This document shows, one piece after another, positions 25,902 through 36,900 of a stretch of 64,000 bases of DNA. How positions within the stretch are numbered: the stretch's first letter is position 1; each line of letters starts with the position of its first letter. Origin of the DNA: Planctomycetota bacterium (GTDB taxonomy: Bacteria > Planctomycetota > SZUA-567 > H5-PLA8); NCBI GenBank assembly GCA_035308565.1, contig DATGGK010000038.1:19023-83022 (forward strand). Reading direction: 5' to 3'. The notes under the pieces were generated by a model, which worked only from the letters and a program-made list of their open reading frames with translations, was not told the origin of the DNA and ran no database searches. A program made the translations under genes and the position numbers.

Positions 25902-28900
25902 TTACTCCTCTGTTGCGTCGCGTCCGCGAATTTCGCGAAACTGCTTGCTCAACACAATCGTTTCGATCGCCGCGCCGATGCGATACCCGTCCGCCGCCGT
26001 GCGCGCCTGCATCTCTTTCAACAGCGGCTCGTCCGACAACTGTACCCCTCGCCCGAGCGCATAGCCTAACAACTTCCGCGAAAATTGCTTCAAGAAAGCA
26101 TCGTGCCGCATTTCGAACAAATAGCCGCGCAACCCGTTAAAACCGTCAATCTCCGTACCGTCAAGCACCTTCGAGTGCGTGTCAATCGGTCGGTTGCCCA
26201 AATCCTTTTCGCGGAAGCGCCCGATCGCGTCGAAATTCTCGAGCGCAAATCCAAACGGATCGATGCGCTTGTGGCACACCGCGCAGCGCGCGTCGCTGCT
26301 GTGTTTCTCGGTGAGTTGACGCACGGTCAGCGTTTCGGCGGCTTCGTCTTCCGGCAGGCGTGGCACGTCTTTTGGCGGGCGCGGCAGTTTCTCACCGAGC
26401 AGCACTTCCGAAACCCAATTCCCGCGCAAAATAGGACTCGTCCGCGACGCGCCGGATTGCTTCGCGAGCGTCGCCGCCTGCGCGAGAATTCCGCCGCGCG
26501 AATATTTCTTCACGCCGTCCACGCGCCGCCATTCCCCGCCGCTCACGCCAGGAATTCCGTAATGCTTCGCCAGCGCTTCGTTCAAAAATGTGTAATCGCA
26601 ATCGAGAACGTTCAGCACCGATTGGTCACGCTGAACCAAGTCCGCAAAAAATCGAATCGGCTCCTCATACATATCCCCGCGCAAGCCCACAAATGTCGGA
26701 AAATGCCGCTCGCTCTTTTCGTTGAGCTCGTCGAAATCCTTGATGTGCATCCACGCGCAGCCAAATTCCTCGCCAAACCGCCGCACGCGCGCGTCCTGCA
26801 TCATGCGCCTGGTTTGCGCAACGAGCACATTCGAATCAAGCAGTTTCCTCGACGCCGCCAGCGCGCGCAATTCTGCGTCTGGCTGCGATGACCACAGAAA
26901 ATAACTGAGCCGGTTCGCCAGTTCGAACGCATTCACCGGCGCCTGTTTCGCGCCCGGCGCGGCGACTTCAGCGTGATACAAAAACGCCGGCGCAACCAAC
27001 ACGCGCGCGATCAGCAGCCGAATCGCTGCGTCATGCGCCAGTTCCTGATCGCGCAGTTTTTTGTATAGCCCGCGCAATTCGTTTTTCTCCACATCCGTCA
27101 TTGGACGCCGATACGCGCGCTCAGCAACTTCCAGCACGCTGTCCAAATGCTTCGGCTGCGTGTCGATCAGCAATTGCCTGAACGCCGCCGCGCGCTGCTT
27201 GATCGGCTCGCGCAGCGGCTCCCACACTTTCGGGTCCGCGTCCTGCGTCGAGAATTGATAAATCTGCTCGAACGCATCGACCGATGTGAGCGCATCCTGA
27301 GTGACGTAATGCAACTCGTCCCACAGTCGGTCCAGCTTCGCCTTCTGCGCGTCGTCGAGCATCAAGCGCGCGAGGTGATGATCTTCGCGATAAAAAAGCG
27401 TGAGCGTCACGACTTCATCGACCGGCACGATTTTCGTGTAACACAACGCCGCCGGAAAAAGCTGTCGATACTCGTCGTATGCCGCTTCGAACTTCTTGCG
27501 CGCCGCGCTCCCGTCGTTCACGATCACGGGCATCGCAATCGAAATCTGCCGGCTGTCGGATGTCCACGCCATCTTGGCGTCCGTCACCGTCACTTTGCTC
27601 GGAACCATCCCCGCTTTCGTCTCCGGCTTGCTCGACGACACCTGCAACTGCACGCTGCCCTCGGCCCCGCTCTCCTTATCGAGCGTTCCCGTCGTCACAA
27701 ATTCGCAGCCCGCGACAAGCTCTGCCGGAAGATGAATCTCGATCACCGCCGGCGCTTGCACGCACAGATTCGCCTCGCCAATCGCGCGCCCATTCGGATC
27801 TTTTCCGAATTGCGCGGGATCAAGCCCCCACGTTTGAGCGCCGTTCGCGGCGACCGGCGGATTCTGCGCGTTGGCATCTTTCTTAAGCCCGGCGAAGAGC
27901 GGCCCGCTTAGCGACGTCAATTGGCGGTACAATTTCGCATTCGCCGAATCTTTGTCCGCGGGCGGCACGCCAAGCAGCAGTTTCTGTACTTCGTCCGCGA
28001 GCGTGGCTTTCGTCTTCTCATCCGCCGCATTCTGCCATTTGCCCAGCAGCGATTCCGCCAGAATCGTCGTGCTCATTTCGCCGCCCTTGTCCGGCTCCGT
28101 GTAAAAATGCCACACCTCTTTATTGCCGAAGCGATCCGCGTGCGGATTTCCGGCGAGAATATCCGGCGACACATCCGCCGCCAGATTCCACACTCGCCCG
28201 CCTTCGCCGGAACTCGTGATGACAAGATTCACCGCGGTCAGTCCGCAGGCGTGATCGCTGTTGCGCGGACCGACTCGCACCGAAATCAAATCACCCGGTT
28301 GCACCGAAATTTCGAACGGGCCGGGCTTGAATTCACGCGCGTCCTGCGCGTGACCGTTCGCGAGACTTTGGCGCGTTGCGCCGCGCCTCATTTCGAGCGA
28401 CCACAGCGTCCCCGGCCCGCATGCGGAATGCGCGTGCTGTACGACGGCCTCCACTTTAACCGTCGCCGCAATCGGGCTGCGCCAGCCCACGCACGCCTGC
28501 AACTTTGGCGAGGGATGCAGCACAATTCCATGCGGCTTCGCATCGCCGGGAATGCGCACGAGCGTGTCGGATGAATTCGCGAGGATGTTCGGCGTGTCCT
28601 TCGGCCCCCAGCCCTTGATAAAATCGTATTTCGGCGTGCCGTCGATCTTTTCCGCAAAATAATTCTGAATCTTCACCGCATTCACATCGCCAACGCCCAG
28701 ATAAGCGAGCCACGCCGCAAGCGCGTCGGGATCGGCGTCGTATTTCCGCGCTAACTCCGCCACAGATTTTGAATCTTGAATTTTGAATTTTGAATCTTGA
28801 ATCCCCTCTGCCGCCGCGCGCAAACATTTCGCCGCGCCGCCAAACACACGCTCCCGCCGCGCCGCATAATCCGCGCTGATCGATCGCACATCTTTGAGCA

Positions 28901-30104
28901 GCATGTCGGGGCAACCCGGCGCAACCAGACGCGGACGTTCCCAAATCACAACATCGCCCGCGTTCCCGTCGCCGGCATCGCCTGCGACGAGGTACAGCGT
29001 CACGTCCTTTCCATCCGCGGGCGGCTGAATTTTCACGCGCACATCCTGCTTCGACGCCATCGGCGTGACCGGCTCCATCCACGCCTTCGGCCCGCCCGCC
29101 TTGCCGATGTGCCCGACGCTGGCGAATTTCCACAACGCGGATTGCCACTGCACAACTTCGGCAGTCAGCGCTGCCGCATCGTTCGGTTTAGCAGCGCGCC
29201 AATTCGCGCGCAATCCATCAAGCAACAGTGACGGCTTGTCGGACGTAAGCGCATTCATCAAGATGTCGAGATACTTTGCGCTTAGGCCGTGCTTGTGCGC
29301 GATCGCGTCAACCTCGCTCCCTTGCGGTCGCGACTCGTCGCGCAGTTCGATCGTCGCCGCGAAATATTTTTCGAGCGGCAATCTCCCGCCCCCATTCGTC
29401 TCGAAGACGATGCCCTGCAAATTGACTTTGTTCCCGCCGCTCTGATCCGAATATTCGCGATACAGCGCGCGAATTTCAGCGAGAATTTCCTCTGTCCAAT
29501 CGCGCCGCGTTGTCTTCGCCGAAAATCGAATTCCGTCCGGCAGCAGCAGTGCGTGCGTCGCGACTTCTTTTCCCGCGTCGAGGTATTTCGAAAGCAGCGT
29601 CGGCGACATCACCAGCGCTTGGCCCGTATTGGTGAATCCCTCGCCCGCCGCGCCGTCCGCCGGAAACTCTTTTCCGGGATCAAGCGAGTCCACGCCAGTC
29701 AGATCGCGAATCGTGTACTTGTATTCCGCGTTCGAAAGCCGCCGCAAGACCACCGGCCCCGGATCGCCCGCGTGTTCCAGCGCGATCGCGTCCAGCGTCT
29801 CGCGCGCCCAGTTCATCAGCCGCGACTTTTTCTCGGCGCTCGGCTGCGGCTTCTCCTTCGGCGGCATCTCGCCGTCGTTCAATTGCTCCCACACGCGCTG
29901 CAAGACTTTGGGCTGGCGTTTTATGCCGGCCAGCGTTGTGAATCGCTCCAGATCCAAGTCGCCCTTCTGCGCCTCTGTCGAGTGGCAAGTCAGGCACGAC
30001 TCTTTCAGAATCGGGCGGATGGATTTCTCAAAATCCTCCGCGCATGCCGCCGGCGCACAGATGAAGAGAGTCAACGAGAAGAGAATACAACGCGATGCAT
30101 TCAT
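25902..30104 (-). CDS. DUF1592/DUF1588/DUF1585-type protein with N-terminal planctomycete cytochrome-c-like motif
   Basis: CLTCHSTEAQKGDLDLERF near the N-terminus and CAVCHKRIDPFGFALENFDAIGRFR near the C-terminus. ATG 30104 gives the signal peptide MNASRCILFSLTLFICAPAACA and avoids overlap with the upstream gene. The track start at 30323 is over-extended. Confidence 0.85.
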   Translation of the reverse strand: MNASRCILFSLTLFICAPAACAEDFEKSIRPILKESCLTCHSTEAQKGDLDLERFTTLAGIKRQPKVLQRVWEQLNDGEMPPKEKPQPSAEKKSRLMNWARETLDAIALEHAGDPGPVVLRRLSNAEYKYTIRDLTGVDSLDPGKEFPADGAAGEGFTNTGQALVMSPTLLSKYLDAGKEVATHALLLPDGIRFSAKTTRRDWTEEILAEIRALYREYSDQSGGNKVNLQGIVFETNGGGRLPLEKYFAATIELRDESRPQGSEVDAIAHKHGLSAKYLDILMNALTSDKPSLLLDGLRANWRAAKPNDAAALTAEVVQWQSALWKFASVGHIGKAGGPKAWMEPVTPMASKQDVRVKIQPPADGKDVTLYLVAGDAGDGNAGDVVIWERPRLVAPGCPDMLLKDVRSISADYAARRERVFGGAAKCLRAAAEGIQDSKFKIQDSKSVAELARKYDADPDALAAWLAYLGVGDVNAVKIQNYFAEKIDGTPKYDFIKGWGPKDTPNILANSSDTLVRIPGDAKPHGIVLHPSPKLQACVGWRSPIAATVKVEAVVQHAHSACGPGTLWSLEMRRGATRQSLANGHAQDAREFKPGPFEISVQPGDLISVRVGPRNSDHACGLTAVNLVITSSGEGGRVWNLAADVSPDILAGNPHADRFGNKEVWHFYTEPDKGGEMSTTILAESLLGKWQNAADEKTKATLADEVQKLLLGVPPADKDSANAKLYRQLTSLSGPLFAGLKKDANAQNPPVAANGAQTWGLDPAQFGKDPNGRAIGEANLCVQAPAVIEIHLPAELVAGCEFVTTGTLDKESGAEGSVQLQVSSSKPETKAGMVPSKVTVTDAKMAWTSDSRQISIAMPVIVNDGSAARKKFEAAYDEYRQLFPAALCYTKIVPVDEVVTLTLFYREDHHLARLMLDDAQKAKLDRLWDELHYVTQDALTSVDAFEQIYQFSTQDADPKVWEPLREPIKQRAAAFRQLLIDTQPKHLDSVLEVAERAYRRPMTDVEKNELRGLYKKLRDQELAHDAAIRLLIARVLVAPAFLYHAEVAAPGAKQAPVNAFELANRLSYFLWSSQPDAELRALAASRKLLDSNVLVAQTRRMMQDARVRRFGEEFGCAWMHIKDFDELNEKSERHFPTFVGLRGDMYEEPIRFFADLVQRDQSVLNVLDCDYTFLNEALAKHYGIPGVSGGEWRRVDGVKKYSRGGILAQAATLAKQSGASRTSPILRGNWVSEVLLGEKLPRPPKDVPRLPEDEAAETLTVRQLTEKHSSDARCAVCHKRIDPFGFALENFDAIGRFREKDLGNRPIDTHSKVLDGTEIDGFNGLRGYLFEMRHDAFLKQFSRKLLGYALGRGVQLSDEPLLKEMQARTAADGYRIGAAIETIVLSKQFREIRGRDATEE
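28766..28804 (-). repeat. In-frame tandem heptamer array (aattcaa family) inside the DUF1592 gene
   Basis: Plus strand attttgaatcttgaattttgaattttgaatcttgaatcc. It encodes EGIQDSKFKIQDSKSVAE. Confidence 0.85.
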
Positions 30105-30139
30105 GAGGAAAACCGGAGCGATCTGGCGGGAGTTTCGTG

Positions 30140-30667
30140 CTAACGCCGCCATTGTTTTATGCGAGTATACACCGCGCGCGCAAAAACAACGAGCAGCGCC
30201 GCCAGCGATCCGGCGGCGATCCACATCACCGGTTGTTGCGTTTGCCACCCGCGGACAAAGACTGCAATCCCATCCTGGCAAACGGCAGCAACGTTTCCGC
30301 CGTCTTTCGAAAATTGCAGCCACACGATTTTGTGCTCGTTCTTCAAATGCGCCTTCAACACGCTGAACTCGCCTTTCGCATCCTTCGAAAACACGTCAAT
30401 GCCCGCCCCATCCGTCGCCACGCGCGCGCACTCGCTGCCATTTGCCGAGTAAGCTCGCGCATTAATCAGGTCCTCGACGGACGGCAATTGGTAGCGCGGC
30501 TCGCGCGACCCGCCCGACAAAGTCCGGTTCAGCACGCAGTCAAAATCGATGTCCGGTACGAAACGTTCGAAGTGCCATTCGTTGCGCATGACGCTCAAGC
30601 CGAGCATCGCGCCGGAAAAAATGCAGCCGAGCAGCAAAGTCGAGAGGTGAAAGGATGGAAGTTTCAT
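30140..30667 (-). CDS. Hypothetical membrane-anchored protein (TM helix at each end)
   Basis: 175 aa. N-terminal LSTLLLGCIFSGAMLGLSV and C-terminal VMWIAAGSLAALLVVFARAV hydrophobic helices. Lies 35 nt upstream of the DUF1592 gene. Confidence 0.55.
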   Translation of the reverse strand: MKLPSFHLSTLLLGCIFSGAMLGLSVMRNEWHFERFVPDIDFDCVLNRTLSGGSREPRYQLPSVEDLINARAYSANGSECARVATDGAGIDVFSKDAKGEFSVLKAHLKNEHKIVWLQFSKDGGNVAAVCQDGIAVFVRGWQTQQPVMWIAAGSLAALLVVFARAVYTRIKQWRR

Positions 30668-30765
30668 CGCGGCCCGCGCTGAAATCCGAACGAATAGTTG
30701 CTCATTTCACTCAGTTGCGGCGTTTATAACTTTATCAGGTTTTCTTTTACTGCGGAATAATATCC

Positions 30766-31911
30766 ATGCCTGCGCCAACGCGACTCACACTGCTCTGCGT
30801 GCTCTTAACTGCGGCGTTCGTTTCACTTCGCGCCGAGGACAAAAAAGACGACCCCGCTTCGGCGCGCGCCAAGCTCCAGGAGTACGTCCGCTTGAGTGCT
30901 GAACTCAAGGCTCTCTTTGATCAAAAAAAGTACGCCGAGGCGGCCGGCATTTGCCGCAAGCTCAGCGAACTCGCTCCGCGCGATGGCGTACCGCACTACA
31001 ATCTCGCGTGCGCGCTGGCGCATCAATCGAAGAAAGACGACGCGCTCGCCGAACTGGCCAAGTCGGCGGAACTCGGCTTCAGCGACGCGGCGCTGGCCGA
31101 GAAGGACGAAGATCTCGCATCGCTTCGCAGCGAAACGCGTTTCAAAGAAATTCTGGCGAAGATCAAAACCAACGACGAAGCGCGCGTCGAGAACGGCAAA
31201 GATATTCCCGGCGTGAAGACCGTCGAAGGCGCGCCCGCTATCGGATTGCGATATCGCCTGCGCATGTCGCCGTCGGCGTCGAAGGAAAAACCGCAGCGCC
31301 TGATCGTCTGGATGCATCCGTCGGGCGGTTCGATGAATGCAACGATTGAGGCGCTTTCCCCGCGCTTTATCAAGGATGGCTTCGCGTTGATGGTTTTTAC
31401 GAAGAAAACTTTTGCCGGCTGGAGCGGTGACGATGCCGCGAAAATCGCGGCAGCGCTCGATGACGTTGTGAAAACGGCAGGCATTTCCGACGACCGCCCC
31501 ATATTAATGGGCTTCAGCGCCGGCGGACAAATGGCGCTTGAATTGTGGACGAGTGTCGGCGCTGGTCTCGGCGGACTTGTGCTCGACGCCGCTTACCCCG
31601 TGCGCATGGGCGCCGGAGGCAAGTTCGCAAAGATGGATCCGCCAAAAGATGACGCCGCGCTCAAAACGCCCATGTTCGTGCTCGTGGGCACGGCGGACGG
31701 CGGCTCGCAGGTCTGGAAGCAATCCGAGGATGCGTACAAAAAAAGCGGCATTCCGCTGACGATCGCGTACCTCGAAGGCCGCAAGCACGAATGGCTTTTC
31801 GGTAAAAGCGAACTCGACGCGCTCGACAAATGGCTGGCCGATCTCGCCGCGAAGCCTTCGGCCGATGGAAAATCGAGCCGCTGGCGGCCCGTCTCGGGCG
31901 ACAAGTTCTGA
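30766..31911 (+). CDS. Secreted TPR-like plus alpha/beta-hydrolase (esterase) protein
   Basis: Signal peptide and a TPR-like segment (YNLACALAHQSKKDDALAELAKSAELGF). Hydrolase core LIVWMHPSGG...GFSAGGQMA carries GxSxG. Confidence 0.7.
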   Translation: MPAPTRLTLLCVLLTAAFVSLRAEDKKDDPASARAKLQEYVRLSAELKALFDQKKYAEAAGICRKLSELAPRDGVPHYNLACALAHQSKKDDALAELAKSAELGFSDAALAEKDEDLASLRSETRFKEILAKIKTNDEARVENGKDIPGVKTVEGAPAIGLRYRLRMSPSASKEKPQRLIVWMHPSGGSMNATIEALSPRFIKDGFALMVFTKKTFAGWSGDDAAKIAAALDDVVKTAGISDDRPILMGFSAGGQMALELWTSVGAGLGGLVLDAAYPVRMGAGGKFAKMDPPKDDAALKTPMFVLVGTADGGSQVWKQSEDAYKKSGIPLTIAYLEGRKHEWLFGKSELDALDKWLADLAAKPSADGKSSRWRPVSGDKF

Positions 31912-31962
31912 TTTTTTAACACGCTCTGGTTTATCCTAATCTGCACGAGGAGAGGATTTAGT

Positions 31963-33093
31963 ATGTTAAGCCGTTGTGCTGCAGTTATTGTTCTTGCCGC
32001 GTTTCTTTTTATTCACGCCAGCGCCGCCGAACCGGAGCTGCCGCCGAAATCGCTCGACGATCAGCTAAAATACCTCGAAGGCGCGCTCGCCGAGAGCTTG
32101 CGCACGCGCGATCTGGCGATGCTCGACATGACCGTCAAAGGATTCAAAGCCGCGAAACTTTCCCCGCCGGAACTTGAGCTTTTCGTTCTGCGCGCGGAAC
32201 GCAATGCGGCGTGGTCCAACGCGGCGCCCGGTTATTTGCAATCCACGCCCGTGCCGTGCCTCGAAGCGTGGGGCCAGCTTGCGCGCGCGAAATTGGGCGA
32301 CGACCGCGCGCTGCCCGCGTTGCGCCAAATGAGCGCCGACTTACCGCCGGTGCCGGCGCCCGTTCCGGCGCTCGGCAAGATTCCCGCGCCGGAATATGTG
32401 GCGGCGAAAAAAGCTGTGGACGATTACGCCAGCCGCGCCGCGCGCAGGCAGTACGCCATCCTCGCGCTGGCGCTGCTCAACGAACCCGGCATCGCCGACA
32501 AAGCGCTTGCCGCGCTTCCGACGAAAGAGGACAACGGCAGCCAGGGCGTGAGCACTTGGCTGTACGGCCGCGATGTGTCGCCGGAAATGCTGGCGGTGCT
32601 CGCCGCCGATCCGCAGAACGGTCTCGACCGCCTCGCGGCGCGGCTTTCGGATCCCAAAATTGCGGTCAAAGAACAGGCGTACGAATTGTACGAGCTTTAC
32701 AAACTCGCGTTCAATTCCGGCGGTGGCGCGCCCTCACCAGACGAATCGTTTTCCGCGATGAGCGAGATTCGCCGCAAGCTGCCGAAGGAGACGCCGGCAA
32801 AACTCATCGCGGCGTACACGTCGATTTTGAAGCGCTACAGCGTGGATACAAAACAGTCCTACGACCCGGTCGTTCAATTGCTGATGACGTTCGGCAGCGG
32901 CATTCCGCCGAAATCGATGCCGCCTGAAGGCATCGCCGCAGTCGAAGAATTCGCAGCGAAGATGCCGAAGGAAAGCAGTGCTCGCTACCGCCAGATGTTC
33001 GATAATCTGCTGCGCCGCCAGGGCAAGGAACCCGCGCCACAGCCAAAACCATCAACGCCTGTTAAACCGCCGAAGGCGCCGGACGAAAGATGA
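31963..33093 (+). CDS. Hypothetical secreted protein, Pro-rich C-terminus
   Basis: 376 aa. Signal-like N-terminus AAVIVLAAFLFIHASAA. No domain recognised. Composition is consistent with coding. Confidence 0.6.
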   Translation: MLSRCAAVIVLAAFLFIHASAAEPELPPKSLDDQLKYLEGALAESLRTRDLAMLDMTVKGFKAAKLSPPELELFVLRAERNAAWSNAAPGYLQSTPVPCLEAWGQLARAKLGDDRALPALRQMSADLPPVPAPVPALGKIPAPEYVAAKKAVDDYASRAARRQYAILALALLNEPGIADKALAALPTKEDNGSQGVSTWLYGRDVSPEMLAVLAADPQNGLDRLAARLSDPKIAVKEQAYELYELYKLAFNSGGGAPSPDESFSAMSEIRRKLPKETPAKLIAAYTSILKRYSVDTKQSYDPVVQLLMTFGSGIPPKSMPPEGIAAVEEFAAKMPKESSARYRQMFDNLLRRQGKEPAPQPKPSTPVKPPKAPDER

Positions 33094-33102
33094 GGCTTCG
33101 CC

Positions 33103-33873
33103 ATGATCGTCTCGCTGAAAAACAAAATCGCAATTGTCACCGGCGCCGCGTCCGGAATCGGGCTGGCGATTGTCGAACAATTTCTCGACTCCGAAGCCAG
33201 CGGCGTGATCGCCGTCGATATTTCGCCGTCGCTCGACGACGCGCTGGCGCCGTGCAAAAATCAATATGGTGCGCGCCTTCAATCCGTGCACGGCGACGTG
33301 TCACAAGAATCCGCGGCGATCGCATTCACGCGTGCGGCGCTGGACCATTTCGGGCGCATCGACATCCTCGTCAACAACGCCGGCACGCACTGCACCAAAG
33401 CGCTGCATGAACACACGCCCGACGAGTGGGACCGCGTGATGAACATCAACGCGAAGTCTGTCTATTGGGCCGCGCGACACGTGATTCCGGTGATGGTCAA
33501 AAACGGCGGCGGCGTGATCCTCAATACCGGTTCGATTTCGGGCGTGATTGGCATCCCCGGACAGGGCGCGTACGCGCCGTCGAAGGGCGCGCTGCACCAG
33601 CTCACGCGGCAGATGGCGATCGAATACGCGCCGCACAGGATTCGGGTCAATGCGGTCGGCTGCGGCACCGTCGATACGCCGCTGGTCCACAACGCCGCAA
33701 AAGACAGCGGCGACCCCGCGAAATTCTGGACGATGTTGCGCGACAACCACCCCATCGGCCGCATCGCCACGCCCGATGAAATCGCGAGTTTTTTCACGTA
33801 CCTCGCCAGCGATCACGCTAGTTTTTTCACGGGCGCGATTCTGATGCTCGATGGCGGATACTCGGCAAAGTGA
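33103..33873 (+). CDS. Short-chain dehydrogenase/reductase (SDR)
   Basis: TGAASGIGLA cofactor motif, NNAG, and the YAPSKGAL catalytic Y-x3-K. Confidence 0.88.
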   Translation: MIVSLKNKIAIVTGAASGIGLAIVEQFLDSEASGVIAVDISPSLDDALAPCKNQYGARLQSVHGDVSQESAAIAFTRAALDHFGRIDILVNNAGTHCTKALHEHTPDEWDRVMNINAKSVYWAARHVIPVMVKNGGGVILNTGSISGVIGIPGQGAYAPSKGALHQLTRQMAIEYAPHRIRVNAVGCGTVDTPLVHNAAKDSGDPAKFWTMLRDNHPIGRIATPDEIASFFTYLASDHASFFTGAILMLDGGYSAK

Positions 33874-33902
33874 CGAGCGCTGAGTCCTTAGTCTGCGGCG
33901 AT

Positions 33903-36900
33903 TTATCTTTTAAGCGCCCATTCCAGCATCAGCTTCAAATCAGCGTCGTCTTCAGTTTTCTCCGCGGATTCGATCGCGCTGCGCGAGGCGGGCGTGTTGA
34001 TCCGCGCCAGCAGATGATATGCGCGCGCGCGGACAGTTTTCACTTTCGATTCCAGATCGCTTTTGAGCAACTCGAGCGCGTCGCTCCGTGCGGCGATCAA
34101 GTCGCCGGCGTAGCTTTGCATGGGCTGGTTTTCATCGTGGTAGATTTTCATCAAATAATCTTTCGCCGTGTCGGAGTCGGACGCGGCCAGCGCTTCCAGA
34201 CCTGCGCGCTGTTCCATATAAATATTTGAATTGGCCAATTTCATAATGTCGGCGAAATAGCGCTGATTGCCGGAAATGGCCAGCGCCTTCATCCAGCGCG
34301 CATCGACTTTGAACATGCCCAGCGCCGCTTTGCTCGCCGCCACGCACGCGTCCTTGTCGCGCAGTTCGCCGAGCGCCTGCGCGGCCGCGGCTTTCACGTC
34401 GTCGTCGAAATCGTCGAGCAATTTCACGAGCAGATCGAGCGCCGATTTTGCTTTGCGCTTGCCGAGCGACTCCGCCGCGTAATAGCGCACGAGCGAAGAG
34501 TCGTCGGAGAGTGCGGTGAGCAATTTCGCGCGCATCTGCGCGTCGTTGTACCAATCCGGTTTGCGCGAGAGAATCCACACGGCCGCAGCGCGCGTCGTGT
34601 TGTTGAGGCTCTCAAGCATCTGGCCCAGCACGGCGCCGTCGTCGGCGTTGAGCAGCGGTTCCAGAACATGCGTCAGGTCAAGCCAGGTGTAGCGGTCGGA
34701 TTTGTCGAGCGCTTTGACGAGGCCGGGAATCGCGGCGCGCTCGCGGCGCAGCGACAGCGCGCGCGCAGCCGTCTCGCGAATGCGGGCTTCGGGCGAATCG
34801 TTGAGCAGTTTCAGCAGCGCGGCGTTGCCGTCGTCGCGCGCGCACAGCGCAATCAGCGCGGAACGCAGCAGGTTGTACACGGATTGCGGATCGTCGGCTT
34901 TGGGCGGCGCGTCAGGGTCGGGCGCATCGGTCTTCAGCGCGCCGTCCACGATCTCGTTCAAATACGCAAGACTGTCCGGCTCTTTGCTCGCCAAACCCAG
35001 GCACAGCACGCCAAGACGTTTCAGCGGATGAGTGGGAACGAGATCGGATGATTTGAGCCACGCGGCGATCGCTTTCACGCCATCCGTATTTGAGCCGGCC
35101 GACGAATTCGGCGCGGCGAGCGAGAGCAGTGAGAGCGCGCGTGCCAGCGGCGGTTCAGCGTCGTCCTTCGAGCTGAGGCGCTTGACCAGATCGGCGGTGA
35201 GCGCGGACGAACCCAGTGATCCAATCAAGCCGCGCGCGCGGTCGCGCAGGCGTCCCTGCGTGAGCATTTTTTTCCAGAACGCATCGTCGGCGCCGCGCTC
35301 CGCGATCAGCACGCCGAACGCTGCCTCGGAAATGTCGCTGTCCTCAGCCAGCGCCAGCGCTTCCAGTTTCGCCATGCGCGCACTGTCGTCGAGCGAACCG
35401 TACACGCGCAGGCGCGTTGCTTCGCCGGGGAAAATGGCGTACGGGTTCACGGGCGTGGTGACGAAGAGCGGTTTGAAAGTGTGGCGCGCGCCTTCCCACC
35501 AGCCTCGCAGATGACGGCGCGCCGTGTCTTGATCTTCCACCGGTTCGTGCAGGGACAAACCGAACGTGCGCGCGGTCAGCGTGTAGATATTTTTCGTGCA
35601 ATCCTCCGGTTCGAATTGCCCGCGCGCGGCGCAGGCGTCGAGCATCGCGACGATGCCGTCGGGCTGCGAGAGCGCACCGACGGCGGACTCGGCTTCGCGG
35701 CGCAGCGACGCATCGCGTTCGGCGAGGTGCGCGCGGATCAGAGGCCACAGAGCAGAGTTGAGTCGCGAACTTTTTGCGCAGAGCGCGGCCAGCGCTTCCA
35801 GCGCTGCGCGCCTGCCACTGGCACTGTCGCGGCCAAGGCGTTCGACGAGGAACGGCGCGACCAGCGGCGTGTTCCACGCAGCCAAGTCGTCTTCACCGAA
35901 ATTCGCGGAGGCTTTCGCGTTCAACAAAAACGGCGACGCCGAAACAACCGCAATGCCGCCAGGCATGCCGCGCAGCGTGTCGAGGAATTTGTGACGGTCG
36001 TCGTAATTATCGGCTTGAGCCAGGCCGCGCGCGGCGGCTTCGGCGGCGTCGCGCCGTGCGTCTTCGTTGAACTTCGAGCCGGCATCCTTCCACCACGTTT
36101 GGAATTCGTCGATATCGCGCACAGGTTTAAGCGCCATGCGCCGCAACAAAAGAAAAGCGTGGTCGCGGCTGTCGAAGAGACGGTCTTGGGCGAGCTCGAT
36201 CAACGCCGGCACACTCTCCACCGGCGCCACGGCCATGCACGCATCCAGCGCCGCGCGAGAGAGCTTTTCACTGGGCGAATGCGCGATCTCGAGCAGCGTG
36301 CGCGCGACTTTGGGCGCGTCAATGAACGGGCCGCTCATTTGTGCGAGGTTGATCGCTTGAAGCGCCACGGATTCGGTCTTGGTTTGATCGGTGTCACTCA
36401 GCGCGCCGGTGCCATTTTTTGATGCCGCCGAATTCTTCCGGGTCCATTCAAGCAGCGCGGGAATGGAATCGGCGTCGCGCAGCAGGGTCAGCGCGCGCGC
36501 GGCTTCGCGCGCGACGGTTTTTTTGTCGTCGGCCAGCAGCGAACGCAGCGCGCCAATCGCGGCGGGCGTGCCGATTTTTCCGAGCGCTTCGATGGAGCGC
36601 ACGCGCAGCTTGAGCAGCTTGTCCTTTGACGCCTCGACTAATAAGGGGAGCGCCGATTCTTCGTGCAGCGAGCCGGCCATTTCAACGGCGATGTAGCGCG
36701 ATTCAATTTCGCCCTGCTCCCATAGGCCGCGCAAATACGCGCCAGCGCGCGACGGCGTTTTTCCTGACGCGTTGCGTTCGATCAGCAGAGAGAGCCCTTC
36801 TTCCAGTGCGCCGGATTTCACAGGAAAACGCAGCGGCGGATCGCCGAACGCGACCATCACGCCATCCGAAGTGATCGCAAAGCGCGGTGCGGCGGGTGTC

